Both the position numbers and the translations under genes were made by a program. The notes beneath the pieces are model-generated. The model ran no database searches and had not been told where the DNA came from. It saw only the letters and a list, made by a program, of their open reading frames with translations. A DNA stretch of 64,000 nucleotides from Octopus vulgaris. Its lineage: Eukaryota. Positions 1 to 14,654 of the stretch are shown here, piece by piece. The stretch covers positions 62,434,001 through 62,498,000 of the forward strand of contig OX597830.1 in the NCBI GenBank assembly GCA_951406725.2, given 5' to 3'. Position 1 is the stretch's first letter. Each line of letters begins with the position of its first letter.

Positions 1-937
1 TAGCAAAATGAGTGAACCCCACCACCACCACCACTGCCTCATTTTACAAGCTTGCTTGTTATCTTACCATCTCCACCGTAAACCTGAGCACTGTAATTAG
101 TACGGAAATTGCATCTTCAAAGAACGTACCAAAGTGAATTTCAATAGAAAGTTATATATAGAGGGCAGTTCAATCACATTCCATTACTGTGAGTCATCGG
201 GGGAGGGGGGAGATGGCGGTGCGTGTGTGCATATACCAGTGCATGTGTTCCCCCCCACACACACTCTACACACTTATGAATGCACACATATATATTTATA
301 GATATATATACATATGTACAGGTACAGTATGTATGAATTCATAACTATTGATTAGTTTTTAGATATAACTAGACAAGAAAGATATTTTGTACATATGCAG
401 ACACATATCACACAACCACACACACATGTACACACATTCAAATATATATATATACATATTTATGTATGTATGTATGTGTGTATACTTGTATGTATGAATA
501 AAGACTTAATGTTCACTGCATATAGTACAATATATGTGTACATCTAATACAGAAATATATATTCATATATATATATACATACATACATTTATACACATGC
601 ACATACATGCTCACACAAGTACATGGAGTTTCTCATGTATATTTTTTATACATTTGTACACTGCTATATATATATATATATATGTATGTATCAAAACACA
701 GAGGTTTGTTTTATTTGATGCAAATGTACACATACACATGTACATATGCACATATGTGTATATGTGTTCATATACATGTGTTCATATACACATATAAATA
801 TATATGTGTGCAGTTTCAGCTACACATCCACAACTTTATCTACAATTTCATACAGATATATATATATACACACACACAAAGCTATATATATTTATATATA
901 TATATCTACAATTATTTTAATCATGTTTGTGTTAATT

Positions 938-1313
938 TAGACATGGAAATACATATGCTGCAGAAATTGTCTCAAGAGAAAATATTCTCATTATAGACAA
1001 TATTGGAAAAAAACACACTATTGGGACATGAATGACTACATCAGACCCTAGGATGCATGCATTAATTAATTCCAGCCTGACAAAATTGTGTACACACCAG
1101 CAAATGTACCATTTGCTGTTCTAATATAAGACCAAGCTGTTCTTTGAGACTGTGAAGGACAACTCGGTATCTTTTGTTGATGATGTTCTATGACGCAGAA
1201 ATACATATGTCCAATAGTCCAGTGACACAATCCATAGCCCAATGGTGTTTTTTATGCATGCTGTCTATAAGACTTCTTTTCTCTTGAGACAATTTCTGCC
1301 ATGTCCATGTGTA
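938..1313. mobile_element. Foldback/MITE-like element with ~90 bp imperfect inverted arms
   Basis: gcagaaattgtctcaagagaaaa (960-982) is the exact reverse complement of 1277-1299, and similarity extends on both sides. Confidence 0.6.
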
Positions 1314-1699
1314 GACAGACTTGTCAATTATGATTGTGCACACCTATTAGACAGCTGTATTTTGCCCTTCATAAGGAGAAGGTTTCAGAGAGAACTCCTC
1401 TCCAAATGGAACCTCAGTTGTCTGCCACAACCTGTGAAGGAAAGAAGATCATAAATGACAGGGTGGGATTGAGGGGTAGATTGTATTGAGGTGGTTGACT
1501 GACAGAGATGGCTATGTTTGGGGCCAGAGAAGGAGGTTCACCTCACAGTGAATTCTACCCATCTTTGAGGCAAAAATGAGACACATCAGTATCGGTCTGG
1601 TAAAAAGAAAATGATATAAAGAATGAAGATGAAAGCCACAACTCCTCTCAATGACATCAACCTTTAGGAAGGTAGAAAAACTGGTGGTAGTCAAAGTTA

Positions 1700-1815
1700 G
1701 TGGTGGTGGTGGTGGTGGTGTGGTGGTGGTGGTGGTGGTGGTAGTGGTGGTGGTGGTGGTGGTGGTGGTGGTTGCGGTGGTTGTGGTGGTGGTGGTGGTA
1801 GTAGTAACAGTAGTA
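1700..1815. repeat. (GGT)n/(GTA)n trinucleotide tract
   Basis: Read directly from the sequence. Confidence 0.9.
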
Positions 1816-2806
1816 GCATTTGTGGATGATGATAGCCTGTGAATGGGGTGGGAGAGCATAAAGTGCTGGGTAGGTGAGGATATGGAATTAAGATCTGAAT
1901 TAGCTAACAACCAATTAGCTAACGAGCAATTTTCAGGTTCTTGGGAATACACAAGTGGAAGATGCATCCAAAGTCTTCATTTATTTGAATGTTGCTTTAA
2001 CTTACTATTGCACCTGCACACACATGCACACTCCACACACACACACACACACACACTCTCACACACACACTCTCCACACACACACTCTCCACATACACAC
2101 ACTCCACATGCACACACACTCCACATACACACACTCCACACACACACTCCTCATACACACACTCCACACATACATACACTCCACACATGTACACACACAC
2201 TTCTACTACAATTCTTCCTCTAGCAAACTGATGTGGCAGTAATTCCTGGCATAATTCCAAAACTTGGCACCTTTACTATATTAAAGGTAACCGGCACACC
2301 CTACAGTCTCTCCCACACATTTTTCCCTCTCAAATATATTCTTTATTTTATTTTATTTTCTATTTTATTCTTTAAAATTCTTTCATCTATTTTCATATTA
2401 TTCTTCAAGTAGTTTTAATTTCAAGTGCAAATCTGAAAGTTTAACGACTTTCAATGAATCATCAGCTGGAAGATAAATATTCCCAAATAATCTTTATCTG
2501 ATTAATTTAGGATGAGATTTATATCGTTACAGTTTAATTTGTTGATTAAATCAGAAGATAGGAATCACAGCTGGCCAAGTTATTTTAAATACTTACTTAA
2601 AAGTCAAGGGCTCACATCTTGCCTTTTGGTTCTCTCTGTTTCTATGGTAACAGTATTTTAGTATTTATACCTCAGTCTAGCTAGCTGTATATAGGTACCA
2701 CGTATGATATTCTGGACAAGTATCTTCTACATGGCTTTCAGCCTTTGTTTGACCAAAATGAGTGAAATTTGGTTGGCAGAAACTGTGCAGAAGTCTGTGT
2801 AGTATA

Positions 2807-2950
2807 TACAGGTGCGGCAGAAATAACAACCTTTTGTATTTCAGTTTTATAGATTTTAATTGAGTATTTTTATTATTTCCTAAAACTTCTGCAATTTTTA
2901 TTTTCATTAGTGAATTATTCATTTCTTTAAGTAATGCAATAAGTTCGTGC
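2807..2950 (-). mobile_element. Partial Tc1/mariner-type MITE, inverted copy of 3782-3935
   Basis: Reverse-complement similarity to the element at 3697-3935, including the terminal ta-caggtgcggcagaaataac. Confidence 0.6.
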
Positions 2951-3308
2951 CAAACTACTGAGTTGTATGGACATAAACAAACCAACACAGGTGATGGGAA
3001 CAAACACACACACAAATATGAAAGTGTGTAAATCTACAAATATGGCAAATTTATCTATTTTGTTGTAGGTTGAATACAAAATGATAAACAGCCTTCTTCA
3101 ATTTTCAAACCTTACTGAGCCCTCATCATTACTTAACTAATCCCCAGACAACCAAATAGCCAATCTCTCTTTATATACACAATAAATCCAGTGGCTCCAC
3201 AGAACTGGTCTGATTAATTTGCATACTACAAGTGTTTTGCACTTTAATTAACATCAGCAACCTGTCAACAAGGATCTCAGTTCACACAATAGCAAGGTAT
3301 GATATAAA

Positions 3309-3690
3309 GGCGCAGGAGTGGTAAGAAGCTTGCTTCCCAACCACACGGTTCCAGGTTCAGTCCCGCTGCATGGCACCTTGGGCCAGTGTCTTCTACTATA
3401 GCCTCAGGTCAACCAAAGCCTTGTGAGTGGATTTGGTAGATGGAAACTGAAAGAAGCCTGTCAAAATATGTGTATGTGTGTGTGTATTTGTGTGTATGTG
3501 TTTGTTTCCCCACCATCGCTTGACAACCAATGCTGGTGCTTTTACGTCCCCATAACTTAGCTGTTCAGCAAAAGGCATCAATAGAATAAGTACTGGGCTT
3601 ACAAAGAATAAGTCCTGGGGTCGATTTGTTTGACTAAAGGTGGTGCTCCAGCATGGCCACAGTCAAATGACTGAAACAAATAAAAGAATA
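3309..3690 (+). mobile_element. tRNA-derived SINE family A (internal TA/TG microsatellite; 3' end ...atgactgaaacaagtaaaaga)
   Basis: A/B-box-like head; about 20 full or partial copies in the window. Confidence 0.85.
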
Positions 3691-3696
3691 AATGAA

Positions 3697-3935
3697 TACT
3701 GGGTGTGGCAGAAGTAACGTCCTTTTTTGCATTTAACAACTTTTATCGTATATTAAGGTTTATTAAGTACTTATTTTATCGAGCACAAATTTATTGCATT
3801 ACTTACAGCAATGAATAATAAACTAAGGCAAAAAAAAATCACAGAAGTTTTGGAAAATAAAAAAAATAAAAAATACTCAATTAGAATCTAGAAAACTGAA
3901 ATACAAAAGGGCGTCACTTCTGTTGCAACCTGGAT
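3697..3935 (+). mobile_element. Tc1/mariner-type MITE
   Basis: Imperfect TIRs ctgggtgtggcagaagtaacgtcctttt / aaaagggcgtcacttctgttgcaacctgg next to TA; AT-rich core. Confidence 0.6.
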
Positions 3936-4205
3936 ATCACATGATCATGTGGCAGATCAGGCTATCAGATGTTGTTACACATCGCTGGTCACAATGCACT
4001 TTTGCATTGTTTTAGCCTTCAAATGACGCCACCCTGCTGGCTAGGCGAGCAGGCTAACATCACCACTCCTGATCGAAAGGGGGAATGGAGTAACATGAAA
4101 TGAAGTGTTTTGCTCAAGAACACAACATGCCACCCTGCCAGGGAATCGAACCCACAGTCTAGCGATTGTGAGTGCAACAGCCTAACCACCAGGCCACACA
4201 CCTTC
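3936..4205 (-). mobile_element. tRNA-derived SINE (head E + tail D)
   Basis: Minus-strand tggcctggtggttagg...gggttcgattccc; tail shared with 6780-6900 and 55080-55195. Confidence 0.75.
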
Positions 4206-4258
4206 ACACTCACACACACACACACACGTACATACATACATACATACATACATATACA

Positions 4259-4305
<47 letters not shown>

Positions 4306-4863
4306 CGTTTTTGGATTTGGTTTGCAAGATTCTTTATATGAGTTCGTGTGTTGAAGCATATTCTGTTGTGTCTGGGGAGAGTCATTCTCTTTTAGTACCT
4401 TATTATTTAACACACTCACTGGTAAAATGACTCTCCCCAGACACAACAGAATATATATATAATGTTGATTGTAAACAATTAAGGGTTGGCAACAGGAAAG
4501 GCATCCGGCCATAGAAAATCTGCTTCAGTAAACTTTAACCGATGCAATAATGGAAAAGTGAACATTAAAACTGAATGTATGTATGTATGCATGTATGTAT
4601 GTATGTACATATGTATGTATGTAGCTTTAGTATTTCATGTTGGGAAGAAAAACAAATGTCAGCCGACACCCAGAGAGGACCCTGACACATTTTAGAAGGA
4701 GAGCGATTGATATAGTCAAGTAGACTGTCGGCTCATGAACGAGTGAAAGAACACACACACAGAACATGCTGTATGTGTCTATAAACACATACTTACATAT
4801 ACATATTTATGCATATAGATCTCTCTCTCTCTCACACATATACTCTGTGTGTGTGTAAGTGCG

Positions 4864-4894
<31 letters not shown>

Positions 4895-5819
4895 CTATAT
4901 ATATGTATGCATATTTATATATCAGTATGTATATTTATATATATGTATGTGTGTGTGTATATAAATAAATATATATATATATATTATACAAATTTATCTA
5001 TGTACATATATATGTATGTAAATACACACACACACACACACATATATATATACATATACATACACATACACACACACACATGAACACACAAATATATATT
5101 TATATATATATATTTACACAACCACATATCTTCTGCAAAATATATAGGTCCCCTTGATCATCTGTGTCAAAAGAATCTGTGTGTATGTGTGGGTGAAGTA
5201 AAATAACCATCTGTAGAAAACAGCTGGATTTCATTGAAAACTTTTCTTGGAAAAAAAAACAAAAAGAACTTAGAGAATATAAAAGACCATAAAATTGCTG
5301 TTACTGCAGAAGATAAGTTATAATTCTAAACGGCAGCAGATGGTGCCATTGTCTGCTGTTGGTTGTGTTTGTTTCTTCTTTTATTAAGTAGAAATGCTTA
5401 ATAGTCCTGCTGCTGTTAGACTCATATCAAAATCTCTTTCCTGCAAACCAATTCTTTTAAAAATCTAATTTTATGTTGGTTTTTTTTTTGTGCTTCGTCT
5501 CTGGTTCTGATACTAATGAATTACAGACGCTTCTTAATGAGTAAAAATAGTAAATGATGGAGATTACAGTTGTAATGCAGTAATGCTGTATGTAATATGG
5601 TACGGAATCGTGGAGTCATCATTCTTAGCTATGTTTTGTAGCTTACCTGTATTTTTTTTGATCTGTGCTAAAATGCCATATATAATATATACATATGTAC
5701 ATGTGCACACACATATGTATGGTGTGTGTGTGTGCATAGTCATACACACAGATATATATATATATGTATATGTATTTGCAATATATATTTATATTTATGT
5801 GTATAAATCTCTCTCTCTC

Positions 5820-5853
<34 letters not shown>

Positions 5854-5919
5854 TAAATAAATAAATAATATATATGTGCATATATATATGTATATATATG
5901 CATATATGGATATAAGACA

Positions 5920-6225
5920 TCACCAACTGTGCAAACAACATGAAATGCATAAACAAACAGGTTACAAAAGTAAACACAGAAAAAGGACCCTTCATCAGTC
6001 GTCTATCTACTCCTCATTTCGAGCATTCAAACGAAAATATGAGTCTACAAAGACAGTTGTTCCCATAAATTCTAAAGTAAAATTTAGGATTTATGGAGGG
6101 CCAAAGTTGGGAACAAAAACAGGACAGTGGAGACATTCAAGGAAACCGAGCGAAAACAAACATGGAGGGTCGTTAGACCAGAATGGGAAGAAAATAGTGA
6201 ATGCTGGGAGAAATACTTTCTTTGA
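5920..6225 (-). repeat. Interspersed repeat in TA/TG microsatellite, possibly Penelope-related
   Basis: Microsatellite-flanked, with internal hairpin ccataaattctaaa/tttaggatttatgg and minus-strand ctgatgaag; no complete ribozyme core. Confidence 0.35.
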
Positions 6226-6525
6226 TATGTGTGTGTGTGTGTGGGTATAAATATATATATATATATAGAAAAATAGAAACACAGATGATATAGATAAGTT
6301 TGTGGGAAATTTTCATGTTTTTTCGTGTTATACACCTAAAACTATTGGCTGTATATTATATTTACTTCCGTGTCTTGGCGCCATAAAAAAGATCAGGTGT
6401 AAACTGGTTGTTTTCTGTAAACTCATATGGGTGGAGACAACTAAAGTGACATTGTTTACTTTTTTTGATATTATTTATGTCATTACATGTGTATGTTTAT
6501 ATGGAAATATATATGTCTGTGTATT

Positions 6526-6588
<63 letters not shown>

Positions 6589-6590
<2 letters not shown>

Positions 6591-6900
6591 AGGCGCAATG
6601 GCCCAGTGGTTAGGGCAGCGGACTCGCAGTTGTCGGATCGCGGTTTCAATTCCCAGACCGGGCGTTGTGAGTGTTTATTGAGCGCAAACACCTAAAGCTC
6701 CACGAGGCTCCGGCAGGGTGGTGGTGGCGATCCCTGCTGTACTCTTTCGCCACAACTTTCTCTCACTCTTTCTACTGTTGGCCTGCTCGCTTAGCCAGCG
6801 GGGTGGCGTCATTTGAAGGCGAAAACAATGCAAAGTGCATTGTGACCAGCGACGTGTAACAACATTTGATAGCCTGGTCAGTCACGGTGATCACCGTGAT
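6589..6900 (+). mobile_element. CpG-rich tRNA-derived SINE family D inserted in (TA)n
   Basis: tggcccagtggttagg A-box, ggtttcaattccc B-box, (TA)n on both sides. Confidence 0.8.
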
Positions 6901-6952
6901 ATATATATATACATACATACATATGTATGTGTGTGTATGCGCATGCATACAT

Positions 6953-7720
6953 GCGGGCGTTGCTGTGTTGGTAAGGAGCCCGTTTTGTAATAACATGGAT
7001 TCTGGTTCAGTCCCACTTCTTGGCACCTTGGACAAATGTCTTCTAAGATAGCTCTAGGCCAACAAATGCCTTGTTAGTGAAATTGATTGAGAAACTGTGT
7101 GGAAGCCTGTCATGTATGCATATATATCTGTGTGTGTGTGTCTGTCTGTCTGTCAGTGCATTTTTGGGTTTGTCTCTGCCACCTCTTGATGACTGGTGTT
7201 GGTTTGTTGATGTCCCTTATAACATAGTGGTTCAGCAAAAAGAGTCTGATAGAATAAGTAACAGATTTTCAAATAAGTAGTGAGCTTGATTTGTTTGACT
7301 AAAACTTCAAGGTGGTGCTCCAGCATGGCCTCAGTTCAATGACTGAAACAAGTTCCAGGTTCAGTCCCGCTGTGTGGCACCTTGGGCAAGTGTCTTCTAC
7401 TATAGCTTCGGGCCGACCAAAGCCTTGTGAGTGGATTTGGTAGATGGAAACTGAAAGAAGCCTGTCGTATATATGTATATATATATGTGAATGCGTGTGT
7501 ATGTGTTGGTATGTCTGTGTTTGTCCCCTCCCAACATCGCTTGACAACCGATGCTGGTGTGTTTATGTCCCCGTAACTTAGTGGTTTGGCAAAAGAGACC
7601 GATAGAATAAGTACTAGGCTTACAAAGAATAAGTCCCAGGGTCGATTTGCTCGACTAAAGGCGGTGGTCCAGCATGGCCGCAGTCAAATGACTGAAACAA
7701 ATAAAAGAGTAAAAGAGTAA
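6953..7720 (+). mobile_element. Two tandem SINE-A copies (second is 5'-truncated, starting ~7351)
   Basis: The SINE-A body occurs twice, head to tail. Confidence 0.85.
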
Positions 7721-7921
7721 ATATAAAGTTGAGCAAAAATTTAGATTCAAATGAATATGGTACTTAATTTAGATGCACCAGAATTCTGTATGGTGTTATC
7801 CATAAAAATCCGTGGGGTGATTATAATCAAAATACTTACAACATTTAATAAAATGATGTAGTACGAAACGATCGTACCAAATTACCGGAGTCATTCTTGT
7901 TACCTATTTTGAATATATATA

Positions 7922-7954
<33 letters not shown>

Positions 7955-8055
7955 CCCTAGAACAGACAAGTTAAATCTTGATCATATTGGTTCTGCCATT
8001 TTCAGGTCAACACCTTCTGATACCAATGTCCACCACCACCGCCGCCGCCACCACC

Positions 8056-8140
<85 letters not shown>

Positions 8141-8512
8141 ATTTCTATTTTAGATCTAAATCCTGATTCAGCTAACCAATTACAATAAGTACACACACAC
8201 ACACACACACACACATTTTTTTTTTCATAAGTCACTCTTTAATTTTATCTAAGCTATGAGTCAATAGAAGAGTTTTTAGTACTTAATGACTGACTAAAAG
8301 CCAGTTTATGGGGTGGATGTGTTTATCTGTGTTTATCTCTGTGTATGTTTGTGTGTGTGTGTGTGTGTGTGTTGTTTATATTGTTATTTTTATTGTTGGT
8401 ACTGTGTATGTGAATGTCTGTGTGTTGTGCCCATTAAACTTTAGTCTCGCTTCATAATATTACTTGTCCATTTATATATATATGTGTGTGTGTATGTAAA
8501 AATATATATGTA

Positions 8513-8585
<73 letters not shown>

Positions 8586-8646
8586 ATATGTGTTTGAATA
8601 TGATATATATATATATATACACATACATACATATATACATACATAC

Positions 8647-8707
<61 letters not shown>

Positions 8708-10270
8708 CATACATACATATATATATATATATATCATCATCATTACCATTTAATAAAAACATGTTAATGTATGTAGATATATGAATACACACACACATAT
8801 ATGATATACAAATATACAATACACACACACACACACACACATATATACTCGCACAGACACGCATGCACACGTCATAAGTTTCTTTTAGTGTTAGACATGG
8901 CTTCCAGGAAAGATTTTTATACCTACATAGAAGTCAACCAGAACAACCTTTATTCCTTTGAAAATCTAGACTGACATTAGTCATGTGACTAACTACCCCC
9001 CCCATTTACAGCCTGTATAGGACCATTATTGTATATAGCACATAGAAATGTTAATTATATTCTTGAGAAGATTGTAGGCAGATTTTTTTTTTTTTTTTTT
9101 TGTCCTCCGTCTTCAATAGTGAGAAGAATTTTCTTCTTTACAAAGTGTATCCCAGCTTCAGATTAGGTTCCCCCCACACGTCTCTGCGTTTTGTAAGAAA
9201 TGACTAAAAGGGTTCATGACAAGAATGGCATTAAAGCATTAAAATCACTTCCGAAGAAAAGCTGTCCAAACCCATTCCAGCTTTCGAAAAGGTTCTAAAA
9301 TGCCAAGGTGGCATCGGCTGTTGCGATAGTCACAGAGATGATAACGGTTTGCATAATGGTAGCGGTAACAATGATGATTGATGATGATGATGATGATGGT
9401 AATGACAGTCGTGGTGATGGTGGTGGGGAGAAATGTTAAAGAATGAAAATTATTCCTGATGGACATGATAAATATCTTGGAGTAAATGATATGGCATCCT
9501 AATTCTAAGCAATATTTTGCAGTAAATATCATAGTATCCTTTCTGCTATAGACACAAGGCCTGAAATTTCTTTGGTGGTGGTGGTGGCAGGGGTACTTAT
9601 TTGGTACTTATTTGATCAACCCCCAAAAGGATGAGAAGCAAAGTAAATTTTGTGGCATTTGAACTCAGAACATCGTTGCTATATATATATACATATATAT
9701 ATACTACTATTGTGTATATTGAGATCATATACTAAATATTATTATATGATTTTAAATTTTTGCCACAAGGGCAGCTTGGGGGAGAAGATTAAGTCAATTA
9801 CATCGACCCCAGTGCATAACTGCTACTGATTTAAACGACCCTGGAAGGAGGAAAGGCAAAGTCGACGTTGGCGGAATTTGAACTGAAAGAAGCCCATTGT
9901 ATATGTGTGCATGCATGTGTGTGTGTGTGTGAGTGTATGTCTGTGTTTGTCCCCCCACCATTGCTTGACAACCAATAATGGCATGTTTACATCCCTGTAA
10001 CCTAGCGGTTCATCAAAAGAGACCGATAGAATAAGTTCTAGTCATACAAGGAATAAGTCCAAAGGTCAGTTTGTTCAGCTAAAGGCGGTGCTCCAGCATG
10101 GCCACAGTCAAATGACTGAAACAAGTAAAAGAGTAAAAAGGATGGAGAGCCAAGATACATTTATGTATGTACGTACAATTTTTCGTTGTGCTTTATTTTT
10201 GGTTCTTCTTTAGAGAGTTCAAGCTGGTTGAGTTGATGTGTTGGTTGAACTTCCAATGCGTACACACACA

Positions 10271-10692
10271 CTTTTCTACTCTAGGCACAAGGCCTGAAAT
10301 TTGGGCGGGGATTCAATTAGATCGACTCCACTATGCAACTGGTACTTAATTTATTGATCCTGAAAGGATGAAAGGCAAAGTCGACTTTGGCGGAATTTGA
10401 ACTCAGAACATAACGGCTGAGATAATACCGCTAAACATTTCATCCAGTGTGCTAACGTTTCTTATTTCTTATTTCTCTTTAGCCCCACAAGGGGCTAAAC
10501 ATAGAGGGGCCAGACAAAGGGATTAAGTCGATTACATCGACCCAAGTGTGTAACTGGTACTTAATTTATCGACCCTGAAAGGATGAAAGCTAAAGTCGAC
10601 CTCGGAGGAATTTGAACTCAGAACGTAACAGCAGACATAATACCGCTAAGCATTTCGCCCAGCGTGCTAACGTTTCTGCCAGCTCGCCTCCT
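10271..10692 (-). mobile_element. Tandem SINE family B copies (aggcgagctggcagaaacgttagc...ctgagttcaaattcc...gcctttcatcctttcggggtcgataaa)
   Basis: About 20 copies in the window, e.g. 14915-15130, 17605-17870, 34020-34330, 44553-45170, 49145-49580, 61230-61462, 62877-63080. Confidence 0.85.
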
Positions 10693-11330
10693 TTGTCAGT
10701 GCACACACTTAGGTGTGCACTTCTATTCGCCTAAAGAATCTCATTTGTATGAATGTACGTACGTGCTAATATCTGATAGTGTTATGTTGGTCTGTCTCGG
10801 CTCCATCACAAATCCCCTAAATTTGTACGAACCACACAACTGATTACATATGCCTTACAACAGACAATGATACAAGATTCAGCGATTTCGTTTTAACGAT
10901 TTTCTAACGACACCTGAATATGATTATATTTCAAAAATAATTACAGAAACATTTTCAACAATAGAATTAATGTAATAAAAATTACTGAATAAATTAATAC
11001 AAAGCCAATTTTCTATGGAATAATTTTAATTATCATTAAGAAGGTTATAATTAACACAGAAAGTTCGTCTGTCAATTGTATGTGTACCACTGCTTTGTTT
11101 TGTTTTTGTTTTGTTTTGTTTTATTGTGTTCAGTTGTAGTTTTATTGTTGTTTTTTTTTGTTATTGAAATTACAGTTGTTTTGTTGTCTATTTTATTATT
11201 TTTTTAGTTTTGTTTCTTTGTCTCTGTTTTTCTTTTTTGTTGTTGTTGTTTTGAACAGTGTGTCATAGTTGTAAATATGTTTCTTTTTATTGTCCTCAGT
11301 GGTGTGCATGTGTGTGTATACATACATACA

Positions 11331-11366
<36 letters not shown>

Positions 11367-11932
11367 TATACATATACACACACACCCACACGTATGTGTG
11401 CATGTATTGTAGTTGTATGTATTGGTGTAGGTATGGCTGTGTGGCTTAGATGTTTACTTCTCAACCTCATGGTTTCAGGTTCAGTTCCACACCATGGCAC
11501 CTTAGGTGGCTGTCTTGTACTTTAGTCCCTGGCCAACCTGAGCCTCAGAGATCATCACGTGTGTGTTGGTGGGGGGATCTTCCTTTGTCTGTAGTAACCG
11601 TTAATCATAAGACAGCACATGCTAATAGATAGGGCCACTGACATGCTAGAAATAACAACCAGTTTCCCTCAGACTACACCTTCAACATTTAAAAACAACA
11701 GATGAGGGGAAGGACAAATTACATCAACCAACGTAGTCTTTCCTTTACAAACTCAACATGGTGGCCATAGCTGGAACACCTTTGACACAACATCCACTGC
11801 TCCAAACATGACTAACCTGGTGGGGGACGCTAAACAACACCATTAATAGTACATGGTGCCATTGTTACCTAACATTATACATTCACATAATGTCTATTAT
11901 CAATGCAGCTACCTCCAATATATATGTGTGTG

Positions 11933-11972
<40 letters not shown>

Positions 11973-12160
11973 CGTGTGTGTGTGTGTGTGTGCATGTGTG
12001 TGTATAAATGTATACACTCACCCTTCACCTTATACCTTTAATTGCAAACCATTCTCACACCTCACCTTTGCTGCTTCGTCATCCATTCAGGATAATATTT
12101 CACATCTAACAAATATACATGACTCATTTCTTTTCTTCCTTCTCCCAAACATATCCAATA

Positions 12161-12211
<51 letters not shown>

Positions 12212-12340
12212 ATTTTCAATACATGTTTTATCTGTCTATTTATCTCTGTTTACAAGTATATATTTATAATGTCTGTGTGAATGTATATATAAATGTGTGT
12301 ATCATCATAATGTATATGCATGTATATCTATCTATATATC

Positions 12341-12436
<96 letters not shown>

Positions 12437-12456
12437 TATATATATATATAATATAC

Positions 12457-12521
<65 letters not shown>

Positions 12522-12779
12522 AGAGTAAATATTAGCTTTAATGGTTTTTAAAAAAACTAACAATTATTTATTGGTAGATTTCGGCATGTAAATATAACTA
12601 TTAACGGTAGGAACTTCTATAAAAGTTCAATATATAGTTTGTATATATACAATATATATATATATATATATATATATGTGCCCCAGCATGGCCACAGCTC
12701 ATTAGCTGAAACTGGAAAAATCAAAATCATATATATATATATATATATATTCAGCTGAGTTTGTTTTGAGTGTTGTGCC

Positions 12780-13102
12780 TCACAGAGGTGAGGTGACTGA
12801 GTTCCTTTTGAGTGTTGTGCCTCACAGAGGCAATGACCAAGACCTTTGGCATTATGTCATGCTTGAGAAGACCCATCAAACCAAGCAAAATTGCAGTCGT
12901 GGCAGATACCAATGTCACACAAATGGCACATAAAAGCACCCATTTCACTCTCAGAGTGGTTGGCATTAGGAAGGGCATCCAGCCACAGAAAACCATGCCA
13001 AATCAGACTGGAGCCTGGTGCAGCCTTCCAGCATGCCAGCCCAGTCAAACCGTCCAATCCATGCCAGCATGGACAATGGACGTTAAACGATGATGATGAT
13101 GA
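12780..13102 (+). mobile_element. Retroposon family C with (GAT)n tail
   Basis: Ends ccatgccagcatgga..ggacgttaaacgatgatgat; other copies at 14150-14482, 25466-25680, 57360-57580, 58800-58930. Confidence 0.75.
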
Positions 13103-13487
13103 TATAGGTTGTTACAGTGGGACACCTAATTTGTAGTATGAAACGTGAGGTCCTGGAGGGATACTGTTGCCCATAATTGCAGCAATGCAACACACATGTG
13201 CCTATGCACATGCATGTCGGGGGAGGGGAACGGTGCCAGCCTGCCACTCTGAAATAAATCTGGAATCCAATATGGAATACTTTGAATGATTAATGAACCT
13301 CTGGAGTCGACATGTGCTCCAAATATGACATAGATATTTACTTCCATATTCGTGTTGCTGTTGTTGTTGTAACATAGTAGTGGCGATGGTGTTGGTGGTT
13401 GGGGCAGTGCTTGTCATGGTTTTGATGGTGGTGAAGGTTATAGCATTAGCAGTAGTAGTAGGAGGAGGCGGTGGTAGTGGCTTTTTG

Positions 13488-13546
<59 letters not shown>

Positions 13547-14654
13547 TTGTGGTCGCCCACCCACCCCCACCCCCAATAACAGCTGCAGCAGCTATTAAGG
13601 TGTACGATTGTCAGGAAATGTATATGATGACATATAAATTGCAGAAGAAGGAGGCGGGGAGGGCAATGGATGAATGATGATGATGATGATGATTTGTGGT
13701 GGTGTTGTTGTTGGTGGTGGTGGTGGTGAAAAGTGAAATATTAACCTGAAGTAGATGTTATTGTATGTAGTATGAGATGATAAAAGGTGTTTCTATGCAT
13801 ATACACGTGTATGTATGTGTTCCATGCATCTGTATGTATGTGTATATGTGTGCGCCTGTATGTGTAAGTTTGTGCATGTAAGCTCTGTGTGTGTATATGC
13901 GTGTATGTATGTTAGTATGTATATATATATATATATACACATACATACACACATAGGTATATGTATGTAGCTGCCTACATCATTTTATATGAGCATGTAT
14001 GTATACATATATATGTGTGTATATATATGTATGTATAATGTAGTACAAGCAATTGTGTATGCATATATGCCACACTTGGTTGGCAATTATATGTTACGAG
14101 TCCGTATTGCTACTGTTTACATCCTGCTCAGAGATTTAATATAGCCTTACCCCCTGACTGGCCCCCGTGCTGGTGGCACGTAAAAAGCACCAACTGAACG
14201 TGGCCGATACCAGTACCCCCTGACTGGCCCCTGTGCCAGTGGCACATGAAAAGCACTATCCGAACGTGATCGATGCCAGGTCCACCTGACTGCCTCCTGT
14301 GCTGGTGGCATGTAAAAAGCACCCACTACACTCTTGGAGTGGTTGGCGTTAGGAAGGGCCACCAGCTGTAGAAACATTGCCAGATCAGATTGGTGCCTGG
14401 TGCAGTTGCTGGCTCTCCAGACCTCAGTCAAATCGTCCAACTCATGCCAGCATGGAAAACGGACGTTCAATGATGATGATGATATATATGGGAGACAGAT
14501 AAAACATGTAGTGTCAGAACAGATACCATAAGGCTTTTTTTCCCTCCTACATTCTGACAAATCTGCCAGTTTTGGCACTGATTACTAAAATACTTTTATC
14601 TCTTCTCACCTCATTTTCCTTGCTCACTTATTCTTGGTTAGTTCATTGGACAGA

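Noticed and set aside
6589-6665. tRNA gene (also 47215-47286)
   Set aside because: A/B boxes are present, but there is no proper cloverleaf or terminator and the sequence runs into SINE bodies.
9200-9380. Upstream coding exon in a unique-looking stretch
   Set aside because: Only short frames, no convincing splice sites, no RASGEF similarity.
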